Origin: Azolla caroliniana
Taxonomy: Eukaryota; Plantae; Polypodiophyta
Reading direction: 5' to 3'
Length of the DNA stretch: 64,000 nucleotides
Assembly: GCA_043228905.1 (NCBI GenBank)
Contig: JBHGNT010000002.1
Coordinates: 20,770,001-20,834,000 of the forward strand
The notes under the pieces are model-generated. The model worked only from the letters and a program-made list of their open reading frames with translations. It was not told the DNA's origin and searched no databases. Within the stretch, counting starts at the first letter, position 1. Each line of letters starts with the position of its first letter. The translations under genes were made by a program, and so were the position numbers. Shown here in pieces: positions 26,301 through 38,923 of the stretch.

Positions 26301-29300
26301 CTCTGTTGCTTGTCTAACCTTTTGGGATAAAATAAAATCCTCTTCTATCTTCTTGAAGGGGCATGGAAGTACTTTTTCTTTTTGGGATAAGATACTATCG
26401 GTTAAATAAAAGTATTTTTTCTTCTTGGGGTTCATGGAGTTATTGGATGCTCATTGTCAAGAGGTCTTCTCTAGTCATGTCACAACATTATGATATTGTA
26501 TTTCATGAATTTTTGAGTGATCTATGGGCATGGCACGCTTTTGACTAGGCATGTTTCTAGTCATTGTGGTATATGTACTCTTGTTTGCTTACAAAGAACA
26601 AGGAAACAAATGTGGCCACTACTTATAGGCCTTCTCAAGCACATTTACATGCCTTCTCAAGCACATTTACAAATTGGGTTATGATCATGCTCTAGATTCT
26701 CATTCGCCTCAAGCTTATATGCATTATAAGTGACAACTTGACTCTCATTCAAAAGAAGAGATCTCGTGCATCAATCACACCCAACTCACTCATATTCACC
26801 ACAATCTTTTTATGCACAGTCATATCTACAAGTGAAATATTCAAGTAGGAATGTGCACATCGATGTGATCACCTCATTCCTTAATGGTCCATCTTCCAAT
26901 AGGTTCATGTTGTCTTTTCTTGCTAAATACTAGATGCTTTATTTGCCACTGACTTAGTGGCATGAGCAATGTACACTGGTAATGAATTGTGAAAGTCTAC
27001 GTTGACTGCCACCATTTTCAATGTTACACAATAGAAACATAAAACTCTCACTTGTTTCTACATAATGTGACACACCCTTGTATACTCCTAGCCACCAATA
27101 CTATTTTTTATATTTGCAAATGTTGCCCAAGCCATGATGAAATTGAGCGATCAATGTTGTTCACTCTTCCATTTTGTAGAGGACATTGTATGTGTCTTGG
27201 TCGGCTATGATGTGTAAGGTTGGTTGACTGATGCGGAAATGTATATAGATCTTGTTGAATGGAGTTTGCAAACAAGTAACGAGTGAGGAAGGATACAATA
27301 TAGTGTTTTTGTCAAGAATATGCACAGAGAGTAAAGAAAGAAGAAGATAGTTACATGGTTATGAGGCAAGATGACTGTTGCATTACAATCCCTTTGAACT
27401 TCTTTACAATGCTCAGTTCCCTCTTTTTTATAGTTACAGGGTAACTGAGCTAACCCCTTTTGGAAGTGTTCGCACAAGGCGGATACAATAAATGGGTAGA
27501 GTGGAACTTTTAGCCCAACAAACTTCCACATAAAAGGACTACTCTAATTGTTTACAATAAATTAGAGGTTATCTTCCCCGTAAACTTAAATTACAAGCTA
27601 GGCTAGTTCCCAAATTCGGAGCGTTTGAGTCGGCTCCTTTGGTCCTTCAGCTCCTTTGCTCTTCGGCCAGTCAGCTTTGCAGGTCATTCAACTCTTTCAA
27701 CTCTTTTAACTCCTTCAGAAGATTTTGCCTTTTTGGGATGTTCGGCCCTTTTAGCTTTCGACTCTTTCACTGCTATCTCTGATTCAGCTTGCCTATTCTC
27801 CTTAGCTTGTTGTAGTCCCATTTGTCTCCTTAATGCTCCGAAGCGGTGATTTGGGAATGGCTTTTTCAAGTTGTCGGCGATGTTCACCTCTGTATCTACC
27901 TTTTGGACTTCGAGCTTCTTTTCGGTGATGAGCTATCGAATGTGGTGATACCTCACCTCAATGTGTTTCATCTTGGCATGGTAGACTAGATTCCAGATGA
28001 GGTGGATTGCACTCTGTGAGTCGCAATACAAGGTTGGAGCGGGATGGTCAATTCGACTCTTTATTGAAAAGTCAATTGACAATCGTTGTAGCAAAATTGC
28101 TTCTTTTGCTGTTGCCGATGTGGTGATGTACTCAGCCTTTGTTGTGGAGAGCATCGTACATTTGTGAAGCTTTGACCTCCACGAAATCGCTCTGCCTCCG
28201 TAGATGAAGGCAAAACCTGATGTCGATTTCCAATTGTTGGGGTTGACAACATAGTCAGAATCAGTGAAGCCTTCGACTTTGGTCAGATGGTCCGATCCAA
28301 ACATTAGCTATATATTCTCAATTCCGCAAAGATACCGGAACATATGTTTTACAACTTCCCAATGCTTCTTTCTGGGATTGGACATGTATAGGGTGGTGGC
28401 CCCTACGACATATACAAGGTCGGGTCCGGTGGTCACCATCACGTACATGAGACTTCCTACGAACGATGTGTAGGGTATCTTGCTCATTTGCTCAATCTCA
28501 ACCTATGTAGAGGGAGACTCCCTGACTAATAGTCATATCAACCTCAGGAGCGGAGTCAGTGCCAACTTTGACTTGTCCATGTTGAAATGCCTTAGCACCT
28601 TATGGATATACTAAAATTGGGAGAGCCGTAGGATCTTCTTCTTCTTGTCTCGCCCTATCCTCATGCCCAAGATGTGTCAGACTTCCCTGAGTTCCTTCAT
28701 CAAGAATTTCTCGTGAAGTTGCTGTTTTAGCTTCCTGATTTTGTCTTTATCGCTTCCGGCGATAAGCATGTCATTGACATACAGAATCATGTAGATATGA
28801 GACTCCTTAGCTAATTGAAGAATGTACATACATGGGTCAGAGTCAGACCGATTGTAGACAAGTTGCCGGATGTAGGAGTCAAACTTTTGATACCACATCC
28901 TCGACGCTGGCTTTAAGCTGTATAGACTTTTCTTCAGTCAACAAATGAGGTGACCTTCCTCCCCTGTCGTCATGAAGCCTATTAGTTGGGACATGTATAT
29001 GTCTTCTTCCAAATCTCTGTGAAGGAATGTTGTCTTGACGTCCAGTTGCTCGAGCCCAAGGTCTTCCATCGCTACGACTCTGAATAGGAGCCAAAGGGTC
29101 ACCATGTTGACTATGGGAGAGAAAATTTTGTTTAGGCGAAGCTGTGTTCTTGTTTGAAACCCTTGGCAATGAGCCGAGCTTTATATTTGGTTGTCTGAAC
29201 CAGATACATATTTCTAGCTGTAAACGCATTTACAGGGCAGTACCTTCCTTCCGGTTGGCAATTTGACCCACTCTCATGTGTCATTCTATCGGATTGAGTC

Positions 29301-32300
29301 CATTTCGGATCTCATGACTTGTTGCCATTTTTCGGCATCCAGTGCAGTAATGGCTTCTTCGTATGACCTCAATTCTCATGTATTTGTACAGTTGACGTAG
29401 TCTAGGTCCGGTTGATAGAACTCTATCGGCTTTTGGACTCATCCGGATCTCCTCGGTGCCGAATTGTTAGGTTCGGATTCTTCAACCTGAGCTCTTGGTC
29501 GACCGCCATTCTATGAACTCTTGTCTGATGGAGATTTATTTGGGGATCCTCTTTGGCAATAACCTTGCTTATCTATCAGATCTACCCCTTCCTTGAGAGT
29601 ATTCAACTAGTGAGTTGGTGCCATAGCCAGTTCAGATCGGTCATTTGGCATTGTGGCTGATTCGACCCTCTTAGCGAATTTGGCCTTGGTCGTTTTTCTA
29701 GCCGATTGGAATTCAGATATTGAACCATTTGTTAATTCAGGTTCGGCTAGGGGGTTGCTGGCTGAATTGGGTTTTGATACAACATCTCGGTCTCGAAGTA
29801 AGATTGGGAGAGATCAAAACTGACTCTCTTGCCGATTCGAGGTGGCACTTACCATAGTGCATGTGGCACTTGAGGCCTAATTGCTTTTGATGGCGAACGA
29901 TTTATCAAATAGATAGCCGTCTGCAATGCTTTTGCCAAGACCCCTAGCTTCAATCCTGCTTGTTGGAGCATTGTTGTGACTCGTTCATGGATTGTCCGGT
30001 TCATGCGTTCGGCTACATCTTTCTACATCGGGGTGTAGGGAATGGTCCTTTCGTGCGGGATCCCTTTCTTGTATAGATACTTGGCGAACACTTTGGAGGT
30101 ATATTCTCCTCCGTTGTTTGACCATAGCGTTTTTTACTTTGTAGCCAGATCGGTTTTCGGCTTTGGTTAGCCATCGAGCGAAAACCTCGAGCAATTCGTC
30201 CTTGGACTTGATCAAGCAAGCCCAGACTTTACGTGTAAAATCATCAACGAAGGTGATGAAGTACTGTGAGCCACCTAGAGATCTTTCGGGCATCCGCCTA
30301 CAAATGTCTGTGTGAATTAGCTCTAAGGGTTGTGGTACCTTCTCGTAGTGAACTGAGTGCTGACTTTGGGTCTATTTCCCTTCTCCCTCTCAATGATCAC
30401 AAAAGTCAGTCTCATCATGATGGAGCTTTGGTATGTATCCAATTGTCGATAATCGTTCTAGTCTAGCTTGTGACATATGGCCGAGTCGGCCATGCCACAA
30501 CGATGTTGTCAGCACTTCGGTTAATCACTCTGAACGGGTACATGTTGTTGTACTTCACACCATGGCCGATTCTCAGATTTCCTCTTGTAATATGCTATGA
30601 TGACTTGCTCATTGTTCTCTTGTACCCGTCTTCAACTAACATTCCGATGGAATCTAGACTCCTTTTGAGATTGAGTACATGCCAGACATGGTGCAGGGTG
30701 ATCGTACTTCCATTCGGCAACCGAATGGGAATTTCACCAATTCCAGCGATTTGGCACTCTTGCCCATTGTTGAGTCAGATTGAGCCACCAACTCCGGCCG
30801 AATAGACTGAAAAGCATTCGTGGTGGGGGGTCACATGGAATGTGGTGCCTAAATCAAGTAGCGGTTATGAGTAGTACTAGAGACAGAGAGGATTAGTACT
30901 AGAGATAGATAGAGAGGAGGTAGAGACGGAGAGAGAGAGAGATCTAGAGTGTGGACGAGAGAAGTATGAGAACAAGAAGTATATTATATGAAAGGAAGTA
31001 CAAGGATAAGAGTAGCTAAGAGGCTTAAGACAAGCGTTGAACCAAATTGGTTCCGAGTAATACAATATGCCACAATTTATAGGATTTTCAGGAGTATTCC
31101 TGAAGTTTCTAGAACGTTCCACAATATTCTAGAGTATACATGAAAGTTCCATAATGAAATAACAAATGAAAATATATTTTATATATTACAATAGTTGTTT
31201 TAATGATAAGGTCTCAACCCCCCGTACTATAAGGAAATGGGTTCAATTCCTTTTGAGGGCATATCATGACACTATCCCTCTCTTTGAACGACTCGTTTTA
31301 TGAGTCGTCTTTAGTTGTTTGGATATTGTCAATGAAAATCCTCAAGAAGGGCTCGAGCATTTGCAACATTCTCTACTGATTCCCAAGTACTTTAGGATCA
31401 TGTTGCTCTTGTGTTTTTGAATAAATTAGTAGATCAACCAAATAAATTATTAGACAGATGTCCAAAAGATCTCGAAAAATATCATTTCCATGTTTTGAAA
31501 AATTATTGGTGCATTTGTTAGCAAGAATGGCATAACTATATACTCAAAATGCCCATATCGGGTGCAGAAATCTGTCTTCCACTCGTCTCCCGGTTAGATC
31601 CGTACGAGATTATATGCACCTCGTAAGTCGATCTTTTTAAATATTTTGCACCATTAATCCTTTCTAAAAGATTTGAGATCAGGGGAAGTGCATACCTATT
31701 CTTGATGGTAACTTTATTTAGCCCCCGGTAATCCACGACTAGACGAAGTGCTCCATGTTTTTTCTTTACAAAGAAAATAGGTGCGCTAGCTAGAGATTTC
31801 TAATGTCAAATGAATCCATTTGGCAAGTTTTCCTCTATGTAGCATGTAGGCCCAAAGAACCTCAAGCTTGGTCGGTGACAAATTGTAGATCGGTCCCCAC
31901 AGTGGCTCTTTTCCTAGTTGTAAATCAATGGGACAATCATAGGGTGAATGTTGTGGAAAAGTATTAGCTTTTACCTTAGCAAAAACATTGGCATAATACT
32001 TCTTTGGAAGTTGAATCGTTGACTTCTCCTCATTGATACTAGATGGATTCACTTATACGACAAATAAAAACATTAATTCCTTTCGTTCTTCCTTATTTAA
32101 TTGATGTAGCGAAGTGGTGAAATCCTATGAGTAATTGCTTGAGGTTTCCTATTAGCTTGTTGGCGATGTTAATCCTTAGGGCCGGACAATGGCCTAACAT
32201 AGGGTGTCTCCAGAAGACACTTCACCAAAGGGGTGTTACGACGAGGTAACTTAAGACACAATGATTAATGGGTGAAAGCATGCGAGTGGAAACAATTAGC

Positions 32301-32619
32301 TATGTCCTTGACATAGCTAATTAGCTATGCAAAAAGCTACCATTGATAAATAGTCATTTTAGTAAAAAGCCATCATTAATAAATTAAGTATGCAAAAAAC
32401 TACCATTGAAAATACTAGAGTGTTTTAATTACATATGTAAATGAGTGCCATAAATGTGCAACATAAATTGATGTGTGCACCATAAATGTGTACCATAAAT
32501 TATATATCGAATTCCTAGGTCCATTATGCATGATCCTTTGCCACATCACGTAGGCCATCTCTAGTTGAGTACTGTGGGTTAGTTGCTACCACTGTTGCTA
32601 AACCCTATCAAGTCCACCT

Positions 32620-33260
32620 GCCGCCACTCTACACTGAGGGGCCGCTACTGTGCGTTCCAAGCATCATCAAAGAGCTGCTCAATCTGACGGGGTTCTCTTC
32701 TCTGTGACACTCTACACTCAGGGGCCCCTGACAGGGTTCTCTTCTCTGTGCCACTCTACACTCAGGGGCCACTATTGTGCATTCTAAGCATCATCAAAGA
32801 GCTGTTCAATCTGACGGGGTTATCTTCTCTGTGCCACTCTACACTCAGGGGCCGCTACTGTGCGTTCCAAGCATCATCAAAGAGCTGTTCAATCTGACGG
32901 GGTTCTCTTCTCTTTGCCACTCTACACTCAGGAGCCGCTACTGTGCGTTCCAAGCATCATTAAAGAGCTATTCAATCTGACGGGGTTCTCTTCTCTTTGC
33001 CACTCTCACTCAGGGGCCGCTACTGTGCGTTCCAAGCATCATTGGTAACTGTTCAATCTGACGGGGTTCTCTTCTCTGTGCCACTCTATCTTAGGTGCCT
33101 TCTATGTGCGTTCCAAGCATCATCGGTAACTATTCAATCTGACGGGGTTCTCTCCTCCATTGCCATCATTCTATACTCAGTTGCCGCTACTGTCCAGTCC
33201 CGGATTGCTTCCACATTTTGATTTGACGGAGTTCACTCATCCAACGGCAACATTCTACAC
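32620..33260 (+). repeat. 83-bp tandem repeat array (about 7 copies) upstream of the transposase
   Basis: CCACTCTACACTCAGGGGCCGCTACTGTGCGTTCCAAGCATCATC... units start at 32624, 32751, 32834, 32917, 33000 and 33081. Confidence 0.92.
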
Positions 33261-33486
33261 TCAGTTGTCGCCATTGGTCGGTCTTGGATCGCCTCCTCAA
33301 CTGTTCGATCCAACGGAGTGAAATCCTTTACTGTTCGGTCTTGGATTGCAATAACTTTTCTGTCTATTGATTATCTTGTGTATTGTTGTGTCTAATCTTG
33401 TGTATTGTGGAATATTTTTGTGTATTGTTGTTGCCCATAGCCATCTTTAATACTTGTTTTTTTTTCTGGAAATTTAGGGTTTTAAC

Positions 33487-36400
33487 ATGTCCAGCCAAAT
33501 GGAAGGGGAAGAAGGGTGTTTAGAATTACCCCTCAATGATCATAAAGATAGGGATGATGCTATCAGGACACAACAAGCCATACGAAACTATTGGGCAGAA
33601 AAAAAAAGGAAACATTGTCAATTGTTGAAGGATACGAAAGCCACACTCACACTCAATAAAGGTAAGGATAGTTTAGCTGAGAATGTAAGTAATGCGACTA
33701 CCATCATAGAGAGAAAGGTTGTAGACTATTTCAATGTTCAAACCAAGCACATCAGCAATGAAGAAAAGAAGGTAGTACTTTATGGAATATGTAATGATCC
33801 ATCGATAAAGGACTTAGTTGATTGTGATGGTCTTAATGCAAACATATCATCTATTTTAGTAAATAATCTTCGTAATAGTTTCGTATCCATGAGCAGGTCA
33901 GAAGATGATCTTGTCTTAAAAAGGTCTAGTCTAATGATGTTACTTAATAGTGATGTTGACGATATAAACATCAGTGAGCTATCTAAGGTAATTGGTGTTA
34001 GTAGAAAAACAGTGTACAATACAATGAACCGTATAATTTCCTCGGGTGAAGGAACTAGTCTACTAAAGCTAACTACAAGATGTAAGCCAATGACACCCAT
34101 AACATTTGAAATCAAGGATGTAATCACAATGTTTTGGACTAATGAGAGTAGGGTTTCACCCAATAAAAAGGATTTATGCAAGAAACGTGTTGGAAGAGAT
34201 CAATACGAGGAGCATCCCATTCATCTTCTTGATGTACCTCAGGTATTTACATTTATCTCAACATTTGTTTTGACTCTACTCGGTAAGTTAATTAGCTCAG
34301 TTAGCAGAAAAGCTAATTAGCTTATCAGTTACATTTACCTCAGTTAGCTACTAGGATAGCTACTACATAGGTAACTGACTACTCTCAATAGCTACTACCA
34401 TGATAGCTAATTAGCTATTCTCAATAGCTAATTTAGGTACTACCAGATAATTAGCTGTACTGGTAGCTAGTTAGCTATCATGGTAGCTAGTTAGCTATTT
34501 CGTTATTACTAGCTAATTAGCTATTAGGAAAGCTAATTAGCTACCATGATAGCTAATTAGCTACTAGGATAGCTACTACATAGGTAACTAGCTACTCTCA
34601 ATAGCTACTACCATGATAGCTAATTAGCTATTCTCAATAGCTAATTTAGGTACTACCAGATAATTAGTTGTACTGGTAGCTAGTTACTATCATGGTAGCT
34701 AGTTTGCTATTTCGTTATTACCAGCTAATTAGCTACTAGGAAAGCTAATTAGCTACCATGATAGCTAATTAGCTTACTAGGATAGCTAATTAGCCACCGT
34801 GATAGCTAATTAGCTACTAGACTATCTAATTTGCTACCATGATAGCTAATTAGTTAGGACAGCTAATTAGCCCCCATTATAGCTAATTAGCTACTAGACC
34901 AGCTAATTAGCTACCATGATAGCTAATTAGCTACTAGACCAGCTAATTAGCTACCATGATAGCTAATTAGTTACTAGGACAGCTAATTAGCCACCATGAT
35001 AGCTAATTAGCTACTAGACCAGCTAATTAGCTACCATGATAGCTAATTAGTTACTAGGACAGCTAATTAGCCACCATGATAGCTAATTAGCTACTAGACC
35101 CGCTAATTAGCTACCATGATATTAGCTACTAGACCAGCTAATTAGCTACCATGATAGCTAATTAGTTACTAGGAAAGCTAATTAGCCACCATGATAGCTA
35201 ATTAGCTACTAGAGCAACTAATTAGCTACCATGATAGCTAATTAGCTACTACGACAGCTAATTAGCTACTACAACAGCTAATTAGATACCATGATAGCTA
35301 ATTAGCTACTAGAATAGCTAATAAGCTACTAGAATAGCTAATTAGCTACTAGAATAGCTAATAAGCTACTAGAATAGCTAATTAGCTACTAGAATAGCTA
35401 ATTAGCTACTAGGATAGTTAGCTAGTTCTGAGAATAACTAATTCCCCTTTATTACGCAGGTCGATTTATTTATTAGGTTCAAACGAATGCATCCAACTAT
35501 CAAAGTTCAACTACGAACATTCAAGTCTCTTAAGCCACACTTTGTGAGATGCTTAAAGGATCGATACACATGTTGTTGCATTTACCATGTACAGATGGGT
35601 TTTTTGAAGGACTCTGTTAATCTACTACGTCACCATAGCGCATCCCTAACTAATACAGTTTGCACATGTGGGTACCCAATCTGTCGATCAAGCCCGCAAG
35701 AGGAGTGTAAATCATCTGAGCACGTTATCTCTTCCATGAGTTATTTATTAGATTCAATATTGTGTCCGAGAGAAACTGACGCTATCTTCCATATTCATAA
35801 ATGTGTCATGAGTTTATGTCAAGATTGTGGCCCTACTAGATTTAGGTGGTGTCCAAATGAATTGAGTAGTGAAATATTGATCTCTGTGAAGTTATTTGAG
35901 TCAGTGAACACCAATTTCGAAGGAAAGGTGTGTAAAAGAAAGGATCTAGTTCGAAAGATGCTTAAACCAAGGGATTTGGTGTCTCTGTTTGTAGTATCTC
36001 TAGGAAAGTTCATTAAACACAACTTCATTTATTCATGGCAGGCCCATCAGTTTAAGACTTGCATATCTGATTTCCCAAATGATGTAGTAGTCTCAATAGT
36101 AGATTTTGCAGAGAATTATACTTTCAAGCAACAGAATGAAATTCAATCTATGCATTGGTGTTCAGTTCAGGTAACCATTTTTGTGCACATAACATATTTT
36201 CGAGTTTCAGGTGATGTTAAAAAAGTAATTCATTTCTTTATTTCCGATGATAAGAAGCATGATACCTTGTTCGTCCAACACTGTTTTAAGTTACATTGGC
36301 AGTGGTTATTAGCTCAACGTTTGGAGCTTACTCAACATTGGCTCTGGTCTGACAGAGCTGCGTCACAATTCAAGGCTCGACGTCCATTTTATTTTGTGGG

Positions 36401-37299
36401 GAGGTATCCTGCTATAACAGGTTTGGAGATGAGATGGAATTTTTTTGGGTCTAGCCATGGTAAAGGTGAACATGATGGTGCAGGGGTTGTTATAAAGCGG
36501 GCACTTACCCATGAACAACTAAAGACAGATGGTGTGCACATGAATTGTGCATCACATGTAGTTGAATTTTTAAGAACAAATATGTCAACGAGTACCACAG
36601 GTGTTTATTCCTCGCAAGTCCGAGATATCAAACGTGAATTTTGGGAAGTGAAGATAGATGAAGTAAATAGGGAGAAGACCTGGAAGTGCCAAGGAATTCC
36701 CGAATTGCAATCTCTGCATGTTGTTCGCGGTTATTCCAGGTTGGATGGTCATTGTATTGCGATTAGAGAATTGACTTGTTTTTGCTTCCATTGTGTGCAG
36801 GGAAATTGGAGATATTGTCTAAACAAAGCATACATTCATAATTGGGAGTATCACACTCTGAATGATAAGGAAGTAGTTGATGGAGAAACAGGGCAGAATG
36901 CTGACTTCACATATGAGGGACTTGGAGATACTTTGAGTGATGTCCTGAACGTTGGGGATAACTTCGCTGTAAATGGTGAAGAAGGAAATTCAGAGGGTGT
37001 TGATTTCTATATATTAAAGTGCACGGTTAGTAAATAGTGTGCAAGGCAGAATATTGTAGATGTATGGGGAAATTTTGTATCTGCCGGGACATTCTACATC
37101 GAAGGCATTTTTTATGCAAAACTAGATGACTACGAATGTGTACAGGCTGTTAGAAGACAAACCAGCGGCGTACATGTACTCTCATTTGGTCAGGTGCATC
37201 AATGTCCCAATGTTAGAATACAATAGTTGCTCAGGTTTATACACTGTTGGTGCTAATGTGTATGAATGTATTTACAATAGTATGCCATGGAATTTGTAG
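33487..37299 (+). CDS. Sola2-like DDD transposase, 2 exons (33487-34242, 35460-37037); premature TAG and a frameshift in the C-terminal tail to about 37299
   Basis: The phase-0 intron CAG|GTATTT...GCAG|GTC joins HPIHLLDVPQ|VDLFIRFKRMHP. Motifs: TCCCIYH, Cys-rich region, VDFAENY, EIQSMHW, ISDDKKHD, WSD(R)AASQFK, SHGKGEHDGAG, CFCFHC. Confidence 0.82.
34285..35440. repeat. Palindromic minisatellite (AGCTAATTAGCT core, about 20-bp period) filling the transposase intron
   Basis: Dozens of TAGCTAATTAGCTA copies with short spacers (ACTAGACC, ACCATGAT); includes an about 213-bp higher-order duplication starting at about 34347 and 34559. Confidence 0.95.
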
Positions 37300-37646
37300 C
37301 TACAAGTAGCACTTACCATGTTCTCTTGTAAAACAAACATGTATTTTGCGAAAACAGTTAAATAAATTCGTTTGGAATCAATTTCTTGTATACAGTCTGC
37401 TTTCTGTGCTTCTTTCTCAATAAAATCATGTCTTTTTTGTTAAGTTTTAAGTTATAAGTTATAGCGAAATAGTCATCAGTAGCTAATTAGCTGTACAAAT
37501 GCAGCTAATTAGCTGTCAATAGCTAAATAGTCATCAATAGCATGAAATCAACAATCTGCAACATATTCCTCAAATTACACAGTAGATAAGTACAGTGGGA
37601 ACAAGTAATTAAATTCTTCATTGAATAATGTCATCTCTTTACATAT

Positions 37647-38687
37647 TTATAAATTACCATTGGAAATGTCTACAAATCTCCTATAAACAGCTAAGCTCTT
37701 GCTAGTCAGTGGAACGAGTCTACATATATTATCTGCATATCGAGCTCAGTATGGAGTCCACAACCATGCACCTAGTTGGCAACTCATTGTTTGCACCAGG
37801 TACTGTTCAGGCATTTCCTCGGGTAGAATGAGACAGCATCTCCGAATATTGAAGTAGTGTCGGAAATGTTCTGTATCCAAAATCAATGTATTGTCGGCAT
37901 TATATTCAGGCCAAGTAGCCCAAAAATCAGAAAGTCTCTTGAATCTTGCAGCTTCCATTTGCTCACAATTTTCTCGTGCCCATTGACCTTTAAAACGACT
38001 TCGCCATTTTGGGAAGAATCTTGCCAAACACTTCCACACATCTGATTTTGGTTTTTCACTCCAAATAAACAAATCAAAGTATTGCACAATCCACTCAAGA
38101 AACTGATTCGCGTCCCTCCTTGGCTGCATATATCTCACACTCATCAAGACTTTATCAAGCTCCAAGATCAAGGCTCTTCTTTCGACTTCTAGTGGTTTAG
38201 GTTTCCATTCCTGAAACTAAGCTGCTGTTACACCATTTTCTAGTAGAATACGATCAATCTCAATCAGCTCAGGTTCGGCAAACACAACTGGCGTCCTTTT
38301 CCTCTTCAAACCCCTAGTCGACTGTGTTGGGCTTGGCTTCACATTCTGGTGCTCTTGTTTTGTCGACTTAGTTATCAATCCTTGGATTACCTCGGTGCAT
38401 GTAGCTACTGATCTGCTCGATATCAGTCCACTGGTATCACATGCTGCATCTACCTGCAACACCAAGTCATCCGTGCTACATGCTGCATCTACCTGCAACA
38501 CTAAGTCATCCGTGCAACATGCTTGATCAACTTGTGTGACCAGATCACTTGTGTCAATTGCTACATCTACTTTCAAGATGGGGCCCTTTAAACATGCCGC
38601 AACATCAACAGTATCCACACTGCCATTGGCCTTACGAGCAATAGAATCAAACCCTTTAGACTCTGCAACATCAGAAAACACCAACAT
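37647..38687 (-). pseudogene. Transposon cargo: FCP1/NIF-family HAD (CTD phosphatase-like) protein with an N-terminal 13-aa repeat region; two in-frame stops
   Basis: ORFs 38217-38741 and 37746-38171 share a frame across one TAG, and the frame continues past TGA 37746 to TAA 37647. ALILELDKVL, PRRDANQFLEWIVQYFDLFIWS and FWATWPEYNADNTLILD..RHYFN match the NIF/UBLCP1-type pattern. Confidence 0.65.
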
Positions 38688-38923
38688 ATTCACACTCACA
38701 AAGTAACTAACAGTCTCACAAAACAATATCCTGAACATCAAAGAGTTTCAGTCATAGAACAACACTCTACAAATTATTTTGGAAAAACATCATAGAGTTC
38801 CATTACATAATGTGGATCAAGCAACAACCAATCTGAGGTTTTACTTGTCCAACTGGATAGTAAAACTTTATAAAACCCTAGCAAAATCCCTAAGCTAAAA
38901 ATCATATCCAACTAAACAATATT

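Noticed and set aside
31190-31262. Functional tRNA gene
   Set aside because: Only degenerate A/B-box-like motifs; no cloverleaf could be folded by eye.
34780-35420. Repeat-spacer pattern resembling a CRISPR array
   Set aside because: Units are about 20 bp with recurring 8-bp spacers, in a eukaryotic intron with no cas genes; it is a minisatellite.
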